From positions 6,190-70,189 of the forward strand of contig JAJHQM010000002.1 in assembly GCA_020833345.1 (NCBI GenBank): a stretch of 64,000 nt of DNA. The letters are read 5' to 3'. The translations under genes and the position numbers were made by a program. Below the pieces are notes generated by a model. That model had not been told where the DNA came from and did no database searches. It worked only from the letters and a program-made list of their open reading frames with translations. The DNA comes from Ignisphaera sp. (lineage in GTDB: Archaea > Thermoproteota > Thermoprotei_A > Sulfolobales > Ignisphaeraceae). This document shows, in pieces, positions 1 through 11,162 of the stretch (its first letter is position 1; every line of letters starts with the position of its first letter).

Positions 1-625
1 CTATTTCACCTAAGCTACTTCTAACTCTAGGATCTAAATCTTCAACTAATTTTAAATCATTTGTAATGCCTATTATGGTTATCTTTGACGCTGATAAATC
101 ATCACTACTTCTGGATAATCTATACAAAATTTCATCACCAACACGTTTAATAAGAAAATCTATCTCATCAAGTACAGTCAACATTATTGCTGTCTTAGTG
201 TCAAGTACTTTGATAAACCTTCTATACGCTTCCGATGTTGATATGCCTGTGAATGGAAGCCTTAACCCAACACACTCACTTAGCTTTAACAAGACTCTAT
301 AAGTTGTGTCATCCTGCCGCGTGTTAATATAGCATGGAATTATATCGACTCCCAACTCAAGAGCCTTAGCATAAAGTCTCTTAAGTACATACTTAACAAC
401 GGCAGTCTTACCAGTACCTGTAAGTCCATATATGAACACGTTGTTGGGCTTCGCACCTTTGAGTGCTGGGGCGAGGATAGAACCAAGTTTTGCTATCTGT
501 TCTTCTCTATGAGGAAGCTCATCAGGTATGTAATCAGGTCTAAGGACATCTCTATTGACAAAAATTCTGGATTTTAATGTATTAGCAAATATCTTATCTA
601 ATACATCGATAATATTTGGTTGCAT
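1..625 (-). CDS. cdc6: Orc1/Cdc6 replication initiator, N-terminal part (gene runs off the left edge; absent from the supplied ORF track)
   Basis: Own translation of minus strand from ATG at 625-623: MQPNIIDVLDKIFANTLKSRIFVNRDVLRPDYIPDELPHREEQIAKLGSILAPALKGAKPNNVFIYGLTGTGKTAVVKYV...LDEIDFL... Canonical Orc1/Cdc6 N-terminus with Walker A (GLTGTGKT) and Walker B (LDEID); frame stays open to position 1. Confidence 0.88.
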   Translation of the reverse strand, partial: MQPNIIDVLDKIFANTLKSRIFVNRDVLRPDYIPDELPHREEQIAKLGSILAPALKGAKPNNVFIYGLTGTGKTAVVKYVLKRLYAKALELGVDIIPCYINTRQDDTTYRVLLKLSECVGLRLPFTGISTSEAYRRFIKVLDTKTAIMLTVLDEIDFLIKRVGDEILYRLSRSSDDLSASKITIIGITNDLKLVEDLDPRVRSSLGEI

Positions 626-761
626 AGCTACTCATATCCCAGTATTACAGATAGTTAAGATATGAATATGTTATAATCTCTTAATGACGTAAAGTAGTTG
701 AAAACGATAATTAAATACAGATTTAAGCTAAAGACTATAGTAAATAGTGTAAGTGAAAAGT

Positions 762-837
<76 letters not shown>

Positions 838-932
838 AAATCCTCACTGCTTTGCTTTTGGAAAATTTTGTTGAAACATGAATAGAAAAGGTTCTTATAA
901 CAAAGCCCTTATATGTAATGGACTATAAATTA

Positions 933-2177
933 CTAAATCCAGCTTTCAAGATACTTCCTCTGCTCCTCACTTAGGGAATCTATTTCTATGTTCATGGATT
1001 TAAGTTTTAGAATTGCAACATGTGTATCTACTTCTTTAGGCACATCATAAACTTTCTTTTGCAATGAATATCTATTCTTTACTATAAACTTTGCAGCAAG
1101 AGCTTGATTTGCAAAACTCATATCCATAACCTCACTAGAATGCCCTTCAGCGCAAACAAGGTTCACAAGCCTTCCCCTACCAAGTAAATATAACTTTCTT
1201 CCATCTGGTAACGCATACTCAGTTACACAATTCCTCACATCTCTTTTTGATACAGCTATTGCCTCAAGTTCTTTTACGCTAACTTCAACATCAAAATGTC
1301 CTGCATTTGCTAATACAGCACCATCTTTCATTTTTTCAAAATGTCTTCTTGTTATTACATTAATATTACCTGTTGCCGTAATGAAAACGTCTCCTATTTC
1401 GCATGCTCTATCCATTTTCATAACTTCAAAACCGTCCATCACAGCCTCTAAAGCTCTTATAGGATCGACTTCGGTTACTATAACTCTTGCACCCATTCCT
1501 CTAGCTCTCCACGCAATACCTCTGCCAACCCAACCATACCCTGCTACCACAACAGTTTTTCCAGCTAAGAGTATGTTAGTAGCTCTCAAGATTCCATCTA
1601 GCGCACTTTGACCAGTGCCATACCTATTGTCAAACATGAATTTTGTTAAAGCATTATTAACAGCTATGACTGGATACCTTAAAATACCCTGCTTCTCCAT
1701 TACACGAAGTCTTATAACGCCTGTTGTAGTCTCCTCTGTACCCCCATATACTTTTTCAGCTATTTCTAAAGCTGAAGAATGCAAATATGCGTGAAAGTCT
1801 CCCCCATCGTCTATGACTATGTGAGGCTCTACTTTTGCTATTGTTTTTATAGCATCAAAATACTCTTCAACTGTTTCACCTCTCCATGCATAAACATGGA
1901 CTCCTTCCATAACTAAAGCTGCTGCAACATCATCCTGTGTAGACATAGGGTTACTAGCAGCAAGCCAAACCTCTGCCCCACCATTCATTAATGTTTTTAC
2001 TAATACAGCTGTTTCTTTAGTTACATGTAAAACAGCAGCTATTCTAACTTCCTTCAAGGGCTTTTCTTCAGAGAATTCCTTAGAAATCATATTTAAAACT
2101 GGCATATGTTTACTAGCCCACTCAATTTGAATTTTGCCTTTCTCAGCTAATGACAGATCCCTTACTTTATAACTCAA
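933..2177 (-). CDS. ahcY: S-adenosyl-L-homocysteine hydrolase
   Basis: 414 aa. N-terminus [31 protein letters not shown]-binding [10 protein letters not shown], full-length family architecture. Confidence 0.9.
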   Translation of the reverse strand: MSYKVRDLSLAEKGKIQIEWASKHMPVLNMISKEFSEEKPLKEVRIAAVLHVTKETAVLVKTLMNGGAEVWLAASNPMSTQDDVAAALVMEGVHVYAWRGETVEEYFDAIKTIAKVEPHIVIDDGGDFHAYLHSSALEIAEKVYGGTEETTTGVIRLRVMEKQGILRYPVIAVNNALTKFMFDNRYGTGQSALDGILRATNILLAGKTVVVAGYGWVGRGIAWRARGMGARVIVTEVDPIRALEAVMDGFEVMKMDRACEIGDVFITATGNINVITRRHFEKMKDGAVLANAGHFDVEVSVKELEAIAVSKRDVRNCVTEYALPDGRKLYLLGRGRLVNLVCAEGHSSEVMDMSFANQALAAKFIVKNRYSLQKKVYDVPKEVDTHVAILKLKSMNIEIDSLSEEQRKYLESWI

Positions 2178-2275
2178 GTTAAATTCACCGAATCTTGTTG
2201 CTTAAAATAATATATGACAGGCAAGTAAAAAAGTGCTAAAAGATCAAAGCAAAAATGTATAGCAAGTGTTATTAA

Positions 2276-2857
2276 ATGGGAGGACACGTGTGTAAGATAA
2301 TAATACTACTGTCTGGAATGCCTGGCTCTGGTAAAAGTGTTTTTGCTGAAGTAGCTCGTAAAAAAGGTGTTCCAGTGATATCACTTGGTGATGTGGTTAG
2401 AGAAGAGGTTGTAAAAAGAGGGCTAGAACCAACTTTAACTAACTTATTAATTGTAGCAAATGATTTACGAAGAACATTAGGTAAAGACGCTATAGCTAAG
2501 CTTGCTACAAGTAAGATATCGAGTGCTTGTTTGAATAACTGTGTAATAGTTGTTGATGGGGTTCGTAGTTTAGAGGAGGTGGAAACTCTTAAAAAGAGCG
2601 TAGACGCTCACTTTATGATAATAGCAATACATGCTTCACCAAAAACCAGGTTTACAAGAATTGTGCTTAGAGGCAGACAGGGAGATCCAAAGAATTTTGA
2701 AGAGTTTAAGAAAAGAGATTTTGAAGAGCTTGCGTGGGGTATGGGAAACGTTATTGCACTAGCTGATGCCATTCTTATTAATGAAGACACTCTCGAACAA
2801 TTTATAAGTAATGTAGAAAGTTTTTTGCTTAAGGTGACAAAAGATTGGTGTACATAA
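2276..2857 (+). CDS. P-loop nucleotide kinase-like protein (UPF0200 / adenylate- or dephospho-CoA-kinase-like)
   Basis: Walker A LSGMPGSGKS near the N-terminus and a size of about 190 aa. Followed by a UPF0201-like gene, as I recall for Sulfolobus. True start may be the GTG a few codons in. Confidence 0.55.
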   Translation: MGGHVCKIIILLSGMPGSGKSVFAEVARKKGVPVISLGDVVREEVVKRGLEPTLTNLLIVANDLRRTLGKDAIAKLATSKISSACLNNCVIVVDGVRSLEEVETLKKSVDAHFMIIAIHASPKTRFTRIVLRGRQGDPKNFEEFKKRDFEELAWGMGNVIALADAILINEDTLEQFISNVESFLLKVTKDWCT

Positions 2858-3285
2858 GAATAGAAGCAGAGGTTAGACCTACAGAGGACATCGAGAAGGT
2901 ACTTAAAGCACTTAAAAACATATTCATATTTAAAAATCTTAAAGTAGAGGATCTAGGAAATGGGAGGAAGCTTATAGTCATTGAAGAAAACAGCATAGAA
3001 ACCTTGAGAAAAATGTATGAAATAGTTAGGCGTCAGAAAATACTCGATAGCGTAAGGAATATGTTATTGAAGAATTCTAGAGGCGAAATTATAGAAATTA
3101 AACTAAATAAGCAGGCGGCTTATCAAGGTATTGTAAGTTTTGTTGAGGCAGGCTCTGAAAGTCCTCTTGGACCCATATCAATTATTATCTCTAGTAAAAA
3201 CATCAATGCAATAATTGATTGGATAGCACCAAAAACATCTCATGGAAGACCATTATGGGAGACAACCTTACCGGAAGATATCTAA
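2845..3285 (+). CDS. UPF0201-family small protein (putative RNA-binding, COG1931-like)
   Basis: 146 aa starting MVYIRIEAEVRPTEDIEKV. Overlaps the preceding kinase-like gene by 13 nt (operon). Confidence 0.45.
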   Translation: MVYIRIEAEVRPTEDIEKVLKALKNIFIFKNLKVEDLGNGRKLIVIEENSIETLRKMYEIVRRQKILDSVRNMLLKNSRGEIIEIKLNKQAAYQGIVSFVEAGSESPLGPISIIISSKNINAIIDWIAPKTSHGRPLWETTLPEDI

Positions 3286-3290
3286 CCATT

Positions 3291-4100
3291 TTATTCACAC
3301 AATACTCTATTCAAATATAGTGTGGACAGGTCAGACGCTAAGAATATATCTCCATTAAATATCCTACGAGCTCTCGATAGAAAGTCCCTTAAGTCGTCAT
3401 TGCGATATCTGCTACTTATATGTGTAAGTATAAGTATTTTTGCATTGACCTCCGTAGCAAGTTTTGCAGCATTAGCTACAGTAGCGTGAAACTTTTCTTT
3501 AGCTTTCATACTATCATTATAGTAGTCTAAAAAGGAAGCCTCATGAATTATTAGGCAAGGTTTGACAGTTTTGAGGAACTTTATACACTCTTCTGAACAC
3601 ACCCCATCGCCCGAATAAAATATGTCTACTTTATGCTTTAAATTACTTTTAATAATTATGTAAATTCCAAATGCATTAATATCTCCGTGAAGCATTGGAA
3701 GCTGTTTAAATATGTACTCCTCTACTTCAATAAAACTCTCTCTACTCTCTGATAACATTTCGTGACATTCAACAACATCTGTAAAAGATTGATTACCTGC
3801 ACTACAGAAACCCCTAGGAGCATAAATATATAACTTCTTCTCTTTAATTTTTTGGCTTAGACCTCTCATGATAAAACTGTCTATGAGGGGTTTAAGCCCA
3901 TAAATGTGATCACCATGAGCATGTGTTATAATAACGTATTTCACCTTTAACACGTCAATGCCTGCTTCTTGTAGCCTTATTTGAGTACCCTCTCCACAGT
4001 CAAGCAATAAACAGCTCCTTGTTGCGCAAATGACTATGCTAGGTGTAAAACGCATATGCGAAGGAGTTGTAGCCCCTGTACCTAAGAATACCATCTTCAT
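3291..4100 (-). CDS. rnz: Ribonuclease Z (tRNA 3' endonuclease, metallo-beta-lactamase fold)
   Basis: MKMVFLGTG..., LLDCGEGTQ, HxHxDH motif ITHAHGDH, C-terminal LTHISSRY typical of RNase Z. Confidence 0.75.
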   Translation of the reverse strand: MKMVFLGTGATTPSHMRFTPSIVICATRSCLLLDCGEGTQIRLQEAGIDVLKVKYVIITHAHGDHIYGLKPLIDSFIMRGLSQKIKEKKLYIYAPRGFCSAGNQSFTDVVECHEMLSESRESFIEVEEYIFKQLPMLHGDINAFGIYIIIKSNLKHKVDIFYSGDGVCSEECIKFLKTVKPCLIIHEASFLDYYNDSMKAKEKFHATVANAAKLATEVNAKILILTHISSRYRNDDLRDFLSRARRIFNGDIFLASDLSTLYLNRVLCE

Positions 4101-5137
4101 AGTTTTACAACTACGTATATTACTCTTGTTAAAGATCCGTGAACCATATTTAAATGCTTTTCCACAGTTTCAAAATTATAATCTGTTAACCACTTATTCA
4201 CGTCTATTTCTAATTCTATTGGTACTGCAAAAACAGCAAACCTTTTACTTTTTATAACATTTGATGCAGTATTAAGAAATCCTCTAATTAAGGTTGTGAG
4301 CGAGGTGCCCATAGGGATGCTTTGAATTCCATATGGAGGGTCAGTAACAATAGCGTCAACAGTGTGTTCTCTAAAATTCTCCCTAGTTCCGTCAGCTATG
4401 AATACTTCAACTTTATCACCGCACTGGAAGTGTTCAAGATTCTTTTTTGCACATATGCACATCTTACTATCTAAATCACTGCATAAAGCTGATATGCCTA
4501 TAGAGCACGCCTCCAAAACTATTCCTCCAACACCACAAAATGGATCTAATAGCACATGGTTAGACCTTGCCGAAACCCTAGATAGATTTACCAAGGCTCT
4601 TGCCAATTGGGGTTTCATAGTTCCAGGTCTATAGCAAGGTCTTTTATGAGGCTCCCGATTTTCAAATTTTAGCTGTCTTCTTCTATACAGAACCTCATAG
4701 ATTACTGCCAAGCCGCTTACGAAGGAAACCTTCAATATGCGTGAACATCTCCTCCATAGTCCTTGCTTAAATTTATGCAAAAGAATATTTAAAAGTTGTG
4801 TTATAAAGTCTTTTCCGAACCCTCTAACAGAGTCCATAGATAAACATGTATTTTCTTCATGCATAAAATCCTTGATTATTTTTACAATTTCATTTATGTC
4901 ATCCTCATTAACAATGCTAATAAGCGACCCCATTTCAATAACTAATGAGGCTCTATCACATACATTAAGTGCTGTGCTGAGATCTGTACGAATAAGCAAA
5001 AATTCGTCTATTCTATTAACAATTTCAGTATCCAGAGCCTCTGCGAGAAGTATAGCCTTTACTTCAGAAAGTGCAAGTGAGAAAAGCTCGTTACTTAACC
5101 TAAATACAAAAATACCTTTAGACATGTCTATAGACAC
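4097..5137 (-). CDS. trm11: THUMP-domain tRNA (guanine-N2) methyltransferase, archaeal Trm11/Trm-G10 type
   Basis: N-terminal THUMP-like region plus SAM motifs DPFCGVGGI and catalytic VTDPPYG. 4-nt overlap with rnz. Confidence 0.7.
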   Translation of the reverse strand: MSIDMSKGIFVFRLSNELFSLALSEVKAILLAEALDTEIVNRIDEFLLIRTDLSTALNVCDRASLVIEMGSLISIVNEDDINEIVKIIKDFMHEENTCLSMDSVRGFGKDFITQLLNILLHKFKQGLWRRCSRILKVSFVSGLAVIYEVLYRRRQLKFENREPHKRPCYRPGTMKPQLARALVNLSRVSARSNHVLLDPFCGVGGIVLEACSIGISALCSDLDSKMCICAKKNLEHFQCGDKVEVFIADGTRENFREHTVDAIVTDPPYGIQSIPMGTSLTTLIRGFLNTASNVIKSKRFAVFAVPIELEIDVNKWLTDYNFETVEKHLNMVHGSLTRVIYVVVKL

Positions 5138-5146
5138 TCTATCACT

Positions 5147-6040
5147 CTACATAGAGGCGCTCAATAGTTCACCGCAAAGAAACTCGCCTACATCAACAAT
5201 TTGTATCCATGCCGGTATTGTAACATTATGGGAAATACTGTTCGTGGTAATGAGTTTTTCTAGTCCTGAGACTTCTAAGGTTTTTATAGTCCTTTCAGAT
5301 ATTAATGTATGGGTAATGATGGCGTATACCTTGTTTGCCCCTAAATTGTAAAGCATTTGTGTAGCTTTAGCAAGGGTACCACCTGTACTAACAATGTCAT
5401 CAACTATTGCTATATTCATGTTCTTCACGTCTAGTTCGTGTGAGGAAACACTTATCTCACCTGTAACTCTATCCCTATACTTTTCTAGATAATCAAATGG
5501 TTTACCAAGACTTTCAGCAAGTAGTTGAGCTCTGTGTAAAGCTCCTTTATCTGGCGCTAAAATAAAGTCTATGTTAATGCCAGCCTTCCTAGCCATGTAT
5601 GCATGAGGAAGGAGGTTTTTAATATTAACTCCTATAACTTCAGATACCCTTGGAGAGTGCAAGTCAAGAGTGTACACTTTCTTCACGTTAAATAGTTGCA
5701 AGGGTAAGTATAACGCTTTTACACTTATAGGCTCTCCTGTCAAAAACCTTCTATCTTGCCTAGTGTAAGCCATATAGGGGAGGATGAGCTCGCTATTTAC
5801 TATACCTAAACCTTGCAAGGCCTCTAATGCTAGGTACAGTTCTACTAGTTTTCTATCCTGATCAGGGTAAAGTGATTGCACAACAGCAACTCTTTCACCT
5901 TTTGCTTCAGGTAGTATCCTAATGTATTGCTCGCCATCTGGGAAAACTTTTTGCATCTTTTCAATTGTATATGCCTTGCAATGGTCTTTCAAGCTACTTA
6001 CTAAAGACTGAGGAGCTCCAGATAGGAATAATAAGAGCAC
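5147..6040 (-). CDS. prs: Ribose-phosphate pyrophosphokinase (PRPP synthetase)
   Basis: 297 aa. FPDGEQYIRI, RQDRRF, PRPP-binding loop VDDIVSTGGT. Confidence 0.88.
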   Translation of the reverse strand: MLLLFLSGAPQSLVSSLKDHCKAYTIEKMQKVFPDGEQYIRILPEAKGERVAVVQSLYPDQDRKLVELYLALEALQGLGIVNSELILPYMAYTRQDRRFLTGEPISVKALYLPLQLFNVKKVYTLDLHSPRVSEVIGVNIKNLLPHAYMARKAGINIDFILAPDKGALHRAQLLAESLGKPFDYLEKYRDRVTGEISVSSHELDVKNMNIAIVDDIVSTGGTLAKATQMLYNLGANKVYAIITHTLISERTIKTLEVSGLEKLITTNSISHNVTIPAWIQIVDVGEFLCGELLSASM

Positions 6041-6125
6041 AGTCTACCCCCTATTTAAGGTATGTAACATAATAAGCGTAAATATAAGCTTATGAACCTT
6101 AGAAGTAACAATGTTATAAAGTAAA

Positions 6126-7019
6126 ATGCTTCTGGTGCCTTTACATAAAATGTCAATGCCGCTCTCTTCAATTACACTAGTAAATGTTGAAAGAGTGCCT
6201 TTATCACTTTGTTGTAGCGGTGGTACTGCATTAAATCTCAACTTCATAGAATGCCCTTTTCAATGTGATGTATGCCCTTGGGAAGCCAATTTAAGTAGAA
6301 GGAGTGCGGAATTAATAAATGCGAGAGTCTCAGATATAATAGAACTTATTCATAAATATCATCCTGATGTCGTTATGCTACATGGTGGCGAACACTATGC
6401 TTCAAAAGAGGTTATACAAATCTTAAAGGAAGTACGCAACAATTATAGTGGAATTATTGGTATAAAGGCAAATATTAGCCGTATTATTTACATGGAAAGG
6501 CATTTTAAAGAGCTTTTGCAATACATTGATTTGATATTAATAGAGTTCGTGGATACAACATTACGTCAAGACATATATAAAGATATGCAAAGCATTTTAG
6601 ATTTTCTGCAGGCAATGGCTACACGCAAGTATGTTGAAATTGTGGCAATAGCTACTTCAATAAATGGCGTTGAAAGCTTAACTAACACTATAACTACATT
6701 AAAGGACCTCCTCACATCATTTCTAATACCAGTAAACTGGATATTTCTAAAACCGATTTCATTAAGCCATAAATTAAATACACTTAATAAGATTAGAAAC
6801 TTTAATATAATTACCCAAGCCCCTTTCGAAAGCTCTATTGAAATAGCATCAACGCTTTGCATTTCATGTAAGAATCCAATTATTGTAAGACAAGGAGGGC
6901 ATTTAATTAAATTAAGTATTAATTACGATGGCACATGCAAGTATTGTGGCCGTAAATATAAAGGCTTTAAATATCCTAAAAAACTTATCCGAATTCCTCT
7001 CGAAATTCAAGTTCTGTAA
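6126..7019 (+). CDS. Radical SAM-like protein with C-terminal Cys-rich (zinc-ribbon-like) tail, function unknown
   Basis: CX3CX2C cluster motif CPFQCDVC at about residue 44. C-terminal CISCKNP...CKYCG. Start uncertain. Confidence 0.45.
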   Translation: MLLVPLHKMSMPLSSITLVNVERVPLSLCCSGGTALNLNFIECPFQCDVCPWEANLSRRSAELINARVSDIIELIHKYHPDVVMLHGGEHYASKEVIQILKEVRNNYSGIIGIKANISRIIYMERHFKELLQYIDLILIEFVDTTLRQDIYKDMQSILDFLQAMATRKYVEIVAIATSINGVESLTNTITTLKDLLTSFLIPVNWIFLKPISLSHKLNTLNKIRNFNIITQAPFESSIEIASTLCISCKNPIIVRQGGHLIKLSINYDGTCKYCGRKYKGFKYPKKLIRIPLEIQVL

Positions 7020-7098
7020 ATACCTGCACCGCTCCATTAGTTGTTTAAAGTAAAATAAAATTATATTAAAAAAGCTAAGAATTGATTTGATTGTTTAC

Positions 7099-9264
7099 TT
7101 ATGCATAGAATAGTATTAATGGTACGAGAACTGAAGATGATACTGCCATTACTTTAATCATGATGTTTATTGCAGGTCCAGCAGCATCTTTCATTGGATC
7201 ACCTACTGTATCTCCAACTACAGCTGCTTTGTGGGTATCTGTACCCTTTCCACCAAAATTACCTGCCTCAATATATTTCTTTGCGTTGTCCCAAGTATTG
7301 CCTACATTTCCTTGGAAAAGTCCTAGCAGTAGGCCCGAACCTATAGAACCTGTTAACAAACCTCCTAGTAGTGCTCCTGCTATACGCCAATCTCCTGTGG
7401 CTGGGCTTACAAGTGCCATTACTATTGGAGCTAGCAAAGCTAGGAGTCCAGGTGCCACTAATCTTCTAAGTGCATAATATGTTACTATTTGTACAGCTCT
7501 TTCATAATCCGGCCTCTCCTTCCACTCTAGTATTCCGGGTTTTTCTCTAAATTGTCTTCTAATTTCATCTACAAGCCTTCCTGCTGCCGCTGTAACGCCT
7601 TGTATTACTAAAGCTACGAATACTGCAACCATCACAATACCTATTAGTAAGCCACTGAGGAAGTAAGCACCGTATGCCGGGTTTCCAATGTTAAATATTA
7701 TTTGCATTAGTGTATTAATATCTATCCCGCCTTTATATGAAAGCACACTTGCAAAGCTAAATAGTAAAGCTAATGCTGTAAGAGCCGCTGAGCCTATTGC
7801 ATAGCCCTTTGATATAGACTTCATAGTGTTTCCTGCAGAGTCTAGCATGTCTGCATAAGACCTTATTTCCTCCGCATACCCTGCTTGTTCAGCTAAACCA
7901 GCCGCGTTATCAACAATAGGTCCATAAGCATCTGCTGCCACCACTATTGGTGCTACAGCTAGCATTCCTGTACCAGCTAGGGCTACAGAGTATATTCCTG
8001 CTAGTAGTCCTTGTGTTGTAGATAATTGTAAGCCTATAACATAGGAGCCTAAAGCTGCAAGAGCTATTGCTAGTGTTGGTATAAACGTGCTATAGAGTCC
8101 CATTGAAAAACCGCTAAGTATTGTTAATGCAGGTCCAAATTGTGAATTCCTTGCAACAATTTTAACAGGGGTGTACTGAGGAGATGTGAAGTAATCTGAA
8201 GTGAAGCCTACTACAGCTCCTGCAATAAGCCCTAAAACACCTACAATAAATGCTGGAGCTATTGTGGGTGCTAGGAGGAATGTTATAATACCATTAATTA
8301 CTGCTGCAGCTGCTATTGAAATTATTGATGTCATTGTTAAGTTCCTCCCAGGGTGCTTAAATGGTGAAAGTGTTACAAACTGTGCTGTGCATATTATTGC
8401 CAGGAGTGCTACTGCTGAGAACAGCACTGGATATGCTATAAGCTCATTACTACGTAGTAGAGCCGCTATTACCATAGGCGCTATCATGCCTTCAACATAG
8501 GATTCAAAGAGATCTGCACCCATTCCAGCACAATCACCAACATTGTCACCAACATTATCTGCTATAACTCCAGGATTTCTTGGGTCATCTTCAGGTATGC
8601 CTGCCTCTACCTTGCCAACTAAGTCAGCTCCAATGTCTGCAGCCTTGGTGTACATTCCACCTCCAACTCTGGCAAATAATGCTGCTGTGCTTGCACCAAA
8701 TGCATATCCTAAGAGTATCTGAGTAACACTTTGAGGATTTGCAAAGCCATTCAGTGCTATGAAGAGCCCAGCAACTCCTAATAACCCTATTCCACCAACT
8801 AGGAAACCTGTTACAGAACCTCCTTTAAATGCTAATGATAGTGCTCCTCTCAAACCTTTCTTAACTAATGTATTAAGAACGCGGACATTACTTAGCACTC
8901 CTAATAACATGCCGACAATGCTAACAGTAGCTGAACTCAGTCCTCCAAGTAGATAGCAAATTCCTGTAAGCCATACGAAGGGATTCCTTCTTACTGCACC
9001 TATTGCAACTAGAACTACAGTAACTATCAATACAATAATAAGAATGACTTTATATTGCGCTTTGATGTACGCTATCGCAGCACTTTTTATATACTCATGT
9101 ATCTGATAGGCCCGCTTAGCCTCCTCAGTATCTTGATCAACCTCAATCCTCGTTATATAGCTTACTAGCCCTATTACATACAGTACTCCTATAATGCCAG
9201 AGGCTAGGCCCAGCCACATGCTAAGTTCTAACACGTACATCATCACATCACCCAACTTGCCCAA
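7099..9264 (-). CDS. hppA: Membrane-bound proton-translocating pyrophosphatase
   Basis: 721 aa and highly hydrophobic. Signature motifs GGGMYTKAADIGADLVGKVE, DNVGDNVGD, GMGADLFESY, DTVGDP. Confidence 0.93.
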   Translation of the reverse strand: MGKLGDVMMYVLELSMWLGLASGIIGVLYVIGLVSYITRIEVDQDTEEAKRAYQIHEYIKSAAIAYIKAQYKVILIIVLIVTVVLVAIGAVRRNPFVWLTGICYLLGGLSSATVSIVGMLLGVLSNVRVLNTLVKKGLRGALSLAFKGGSVTGFLVGGIGLLGVAGLFIALNGFANPQSVTQILLGYAFGASTAALFARVGGGMYTKAADIGADLVGKVEAGIPEDDPRNPGVIADNVGDNVGDCAGMGADLFESYVEGMIAPMVIAALLRSNELIAYPVLFSAVALLAIICTAQFVTLSPFKHPGRNLTMTSIISIAAAAVINGIITFLLAPTIAPAFIVGVLGLIAGAVVGFTSDYFTSPQYTPVKIVARNSQFGPALTILSGFSMGLYSTFIPTLAIALAALGSYVIGLQLSTTQGLLAGIYSVALAGTGMLAVAPIVVAADAYGPIVDNAAGLAEQAGYAEEIRSYADMLDSAGNTMKSISKGYAIGSAALTALALLFSFASVLSYKGGIDINTLMQIIFNIGNPAYGAYFLSGLLIGIVMVAVFVALVIQGVTAAAGRLVDEIRRQFREKPGILEWKERPDYERAVQIVTYYALRRLVAPGLLALLAPIVMALVSPATGDWRIAGALLGGLLTGSIGSGLLLGLFQGNVGNTWDNAKKYIEAGNFGGKGTDTHKAAVVGDTVGDPMKDAAGPAINIMIKVMAVSSSVLVPLILFYA

Positions 9265-9362
9265 TCTTAGCCATTACACATGTATAATAAAACCTTTAAA
9301 AACTTTAATAAAGTTTTAAAGATAGGAAAATCTACAACAATTTGTTTAATTATTAATCTGCT

Positions 9363-9440
9363 GGGCCCGTAGCTTAGCTAGGATAGAGCGCCGGCCTGCG
9401 GAGCCGGAGGCCCGGGGTTCGAATCCCCGCGGGCCCGCCA
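9363..9440 (+). tRNA. tRNA-Arg (anticodon GCG), CCA encoded
   Basis: Acceptor GGGCCCG/CGGGCCC. Anticodon stem CCGGC/GCCGG with loop CTGCGGA. T-arm CGGGG-TTCGAAT-CCCCG. Discriminator G followed by CCA. Confidence 0.92.
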
Positions 9441-9517
9441 CACAATTGAATTCTTTTATTTGTTTAGCTTCTTAAAAATGCGTCTAGCGTATAATAAGGT
9501 TTCGGAGTAGTGTAGCT

Positions 9518-11071
9518 ATGATGAAAAGTATTGTTAGTGTAGCTATGGAAATAGCTTTAGAAGATTCAGCTAATTATGCAGGTGGTTTAGGGGTTTTAGA
9601 AGCTGATAAGTTTTATGGTGCAGCAAGACTAGGCTTGCCTTACATTGTCATAGCCCCTCTCTATCCTAGTGGCTATGTTGATTGGGACTGTATTAATAGG
9701 GTTAAATTCATTGAAGTTAGGCATAGGCATAGCCTAGCATTTTTAAGCAAGTTACATTTCTTACGAAGCATTGAAGTTAGGAGAAGTGATGGTAGGCTTC
9801 TTGCAGAGGCAGATATACTTGAGTATTCCCATGGTTCTGCAAAAGCTATTCTATACCGAATTAGGAGACCTATATCAGTTGCTAGGCTTTTCAGATATCT
9901 TTATAGACATCATAGTGATGAATGTACATACTATATTGCTGCCGCAGCAGTGTCAAGCGAAATCATAAAGAAGCTCATTAATGGTGAAGGGATTCAGGTT
10001 GTAGATGTACAGGAAGCTCACTTAGCTTTGGTACCTTATTTATTACCAAAAGATGTAAGGGTCAGGTTTATTACACATACACCAGGACCCTGGGGTCATC
10101 CAAGATTATGCAAAGAAGCTGAAGAGATTTTAGGGATTTCATTACCAAATGTGAAAACAATGACTGAAGCCGCTATGGAAGCAGCTGAAAAGATTTTTGC
10201 TGTATCAAAAAAGCATTTTGAAATTACAAAGATGTTCTTTCCTAAATACGTTAACAAGATGAGTCATGTCACAAATGCTATAGACATTGAAAGGTGGCAG
10301 CGGATAAAGAAAGATCCTGGATCTGTAAAAGAGTTTGCAAAGGTGCACGAAGAATTTAAAAAAGAGTTGAGTTCCATTATTAGAGCCCTTGTAGGTAAAA
10401 GTGTTGGTAACAGAATGCTGGTGTCGTGGGTCAGAAGAATAGTAAAGTACAAGCGGCCTTATTTCATTGAATGGATTATTGAGGAAAACAATGATTTAAG
10501 GGATAGAGTATTCATTATTACTGCCGGTAAGCCACATCCAAATGATGTATGGGGTAAAGAGATGGCAACTATATTTGCTAGGTTAAGTAGAACCCTTAAT
10601 AACTTCTTCTATTACCCAAACTATGGAATAGAATTTGCATACTATGCATTATCAGCTTCAGATCTCCTATTATTTACACCCTTTAGTTGTTGGGAAGCAA
10701 GTGGAACTAGTATGATGAAAGCAGGTGTAAATGGTGTCCCAACATTATCTTCAAGAGATGGTGCAAGCTTAGAACTAATTGAAGATGGATTTAACGGATG
10801 GCTCTTTGGCAGGGAGCTACACCAGATGATAGACCTTGAAAGCGAAGAAGCTAGAAAAATTGACGAAGAAGATTACTCAGATTTCATTAAGAAACTTGAG
10901 CTAATACTAGATCTGTATGAAAGGGATAGGGAGAAGTTTTATGAAGTTGCTTATAATAGTTACAAAACATTTGCGCAAAACGTGGACGTTGTAAGGCTTT
11001 TAAAGCAGTATTACGGCGAATTTGTGTCAAAGGTGGAAGAAGCAGAAAAGACTTCGAATCAGTTAAAATAA
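9518..11071 (+). CDS. Alpha-glucan (glycogen/maltodextrin) phosphorylase family protein, short GT35 type
   Basis: N-terminal YAGGLGVLEADK resembles the GGLGxLAGD motif. C-terminal EASGTSMMKAGVNG resembles the EASGTSGMK pyridoxal-phosphate lysine motif. 517 aa is short for the family. Confidence 0.6.
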   Translation: MMKSIVSVAMEIALEDSANYAGGLGVLEADKFYGAARLGLPYIVIAPLYPSGYVDWDCINRVKFIEVRHRHSLAFLSKLHFLRSIEVRRSDGRLLAEADILEYSHGSAKAILYRIRRPISVARLFRYLYRHHSDECTYYIAAAAVSSEIIKKLINGEGIQVVDVQEAHLALVPYLLPKDVRVRFITHTPGPWGHPRLCKEAEEILGISLPNVKTMTEAAMEAAEKIFAVSKKHFEITKMFFPKYVNKMSHVTNAIDIERWQRIKKDPGSVKEFAKVHEEFKKELSSIIRALVGKSVGNRMLVSWVRRIVKYKRPYFIEWIIEENNDLRDRVFIITAGKPHPNDVWGKEMATIFARLSRTLNNFFYYPNYGIEFAYYALSASDLLLFTPFSCWEASGTSMMKAGVNGVPTLSSRDGASLELIEDGFNGWLFGRELHQMIDLESEEARKIDEEDYSDFIKKLELILDLYERDREKFYEVAYNSYKTFAQNVDVVRLLKQYYGEFVSKVEEAEKTSNQLK

Positions 11072-11162
11072 AATTTTAGGTATATTAACATACTAACACC
11101 TGATAGAATGTGGTTTACTATTTAAGAAGTGTTCCATGTGAGATTCTGTTTTTGAGAGTTTT

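Noticed and set aside
626-761. Possible replication origin next to orc1/cdc6.
   Set aside because: Only 136 nt separate cdc6 from tRNA-Ala. I found no ORB/mini-ORB-like inverted repeats, only a weak TACAGAT..TTAAG direct repeat. An origin may lie beyond the window edge but cannot be supported here.
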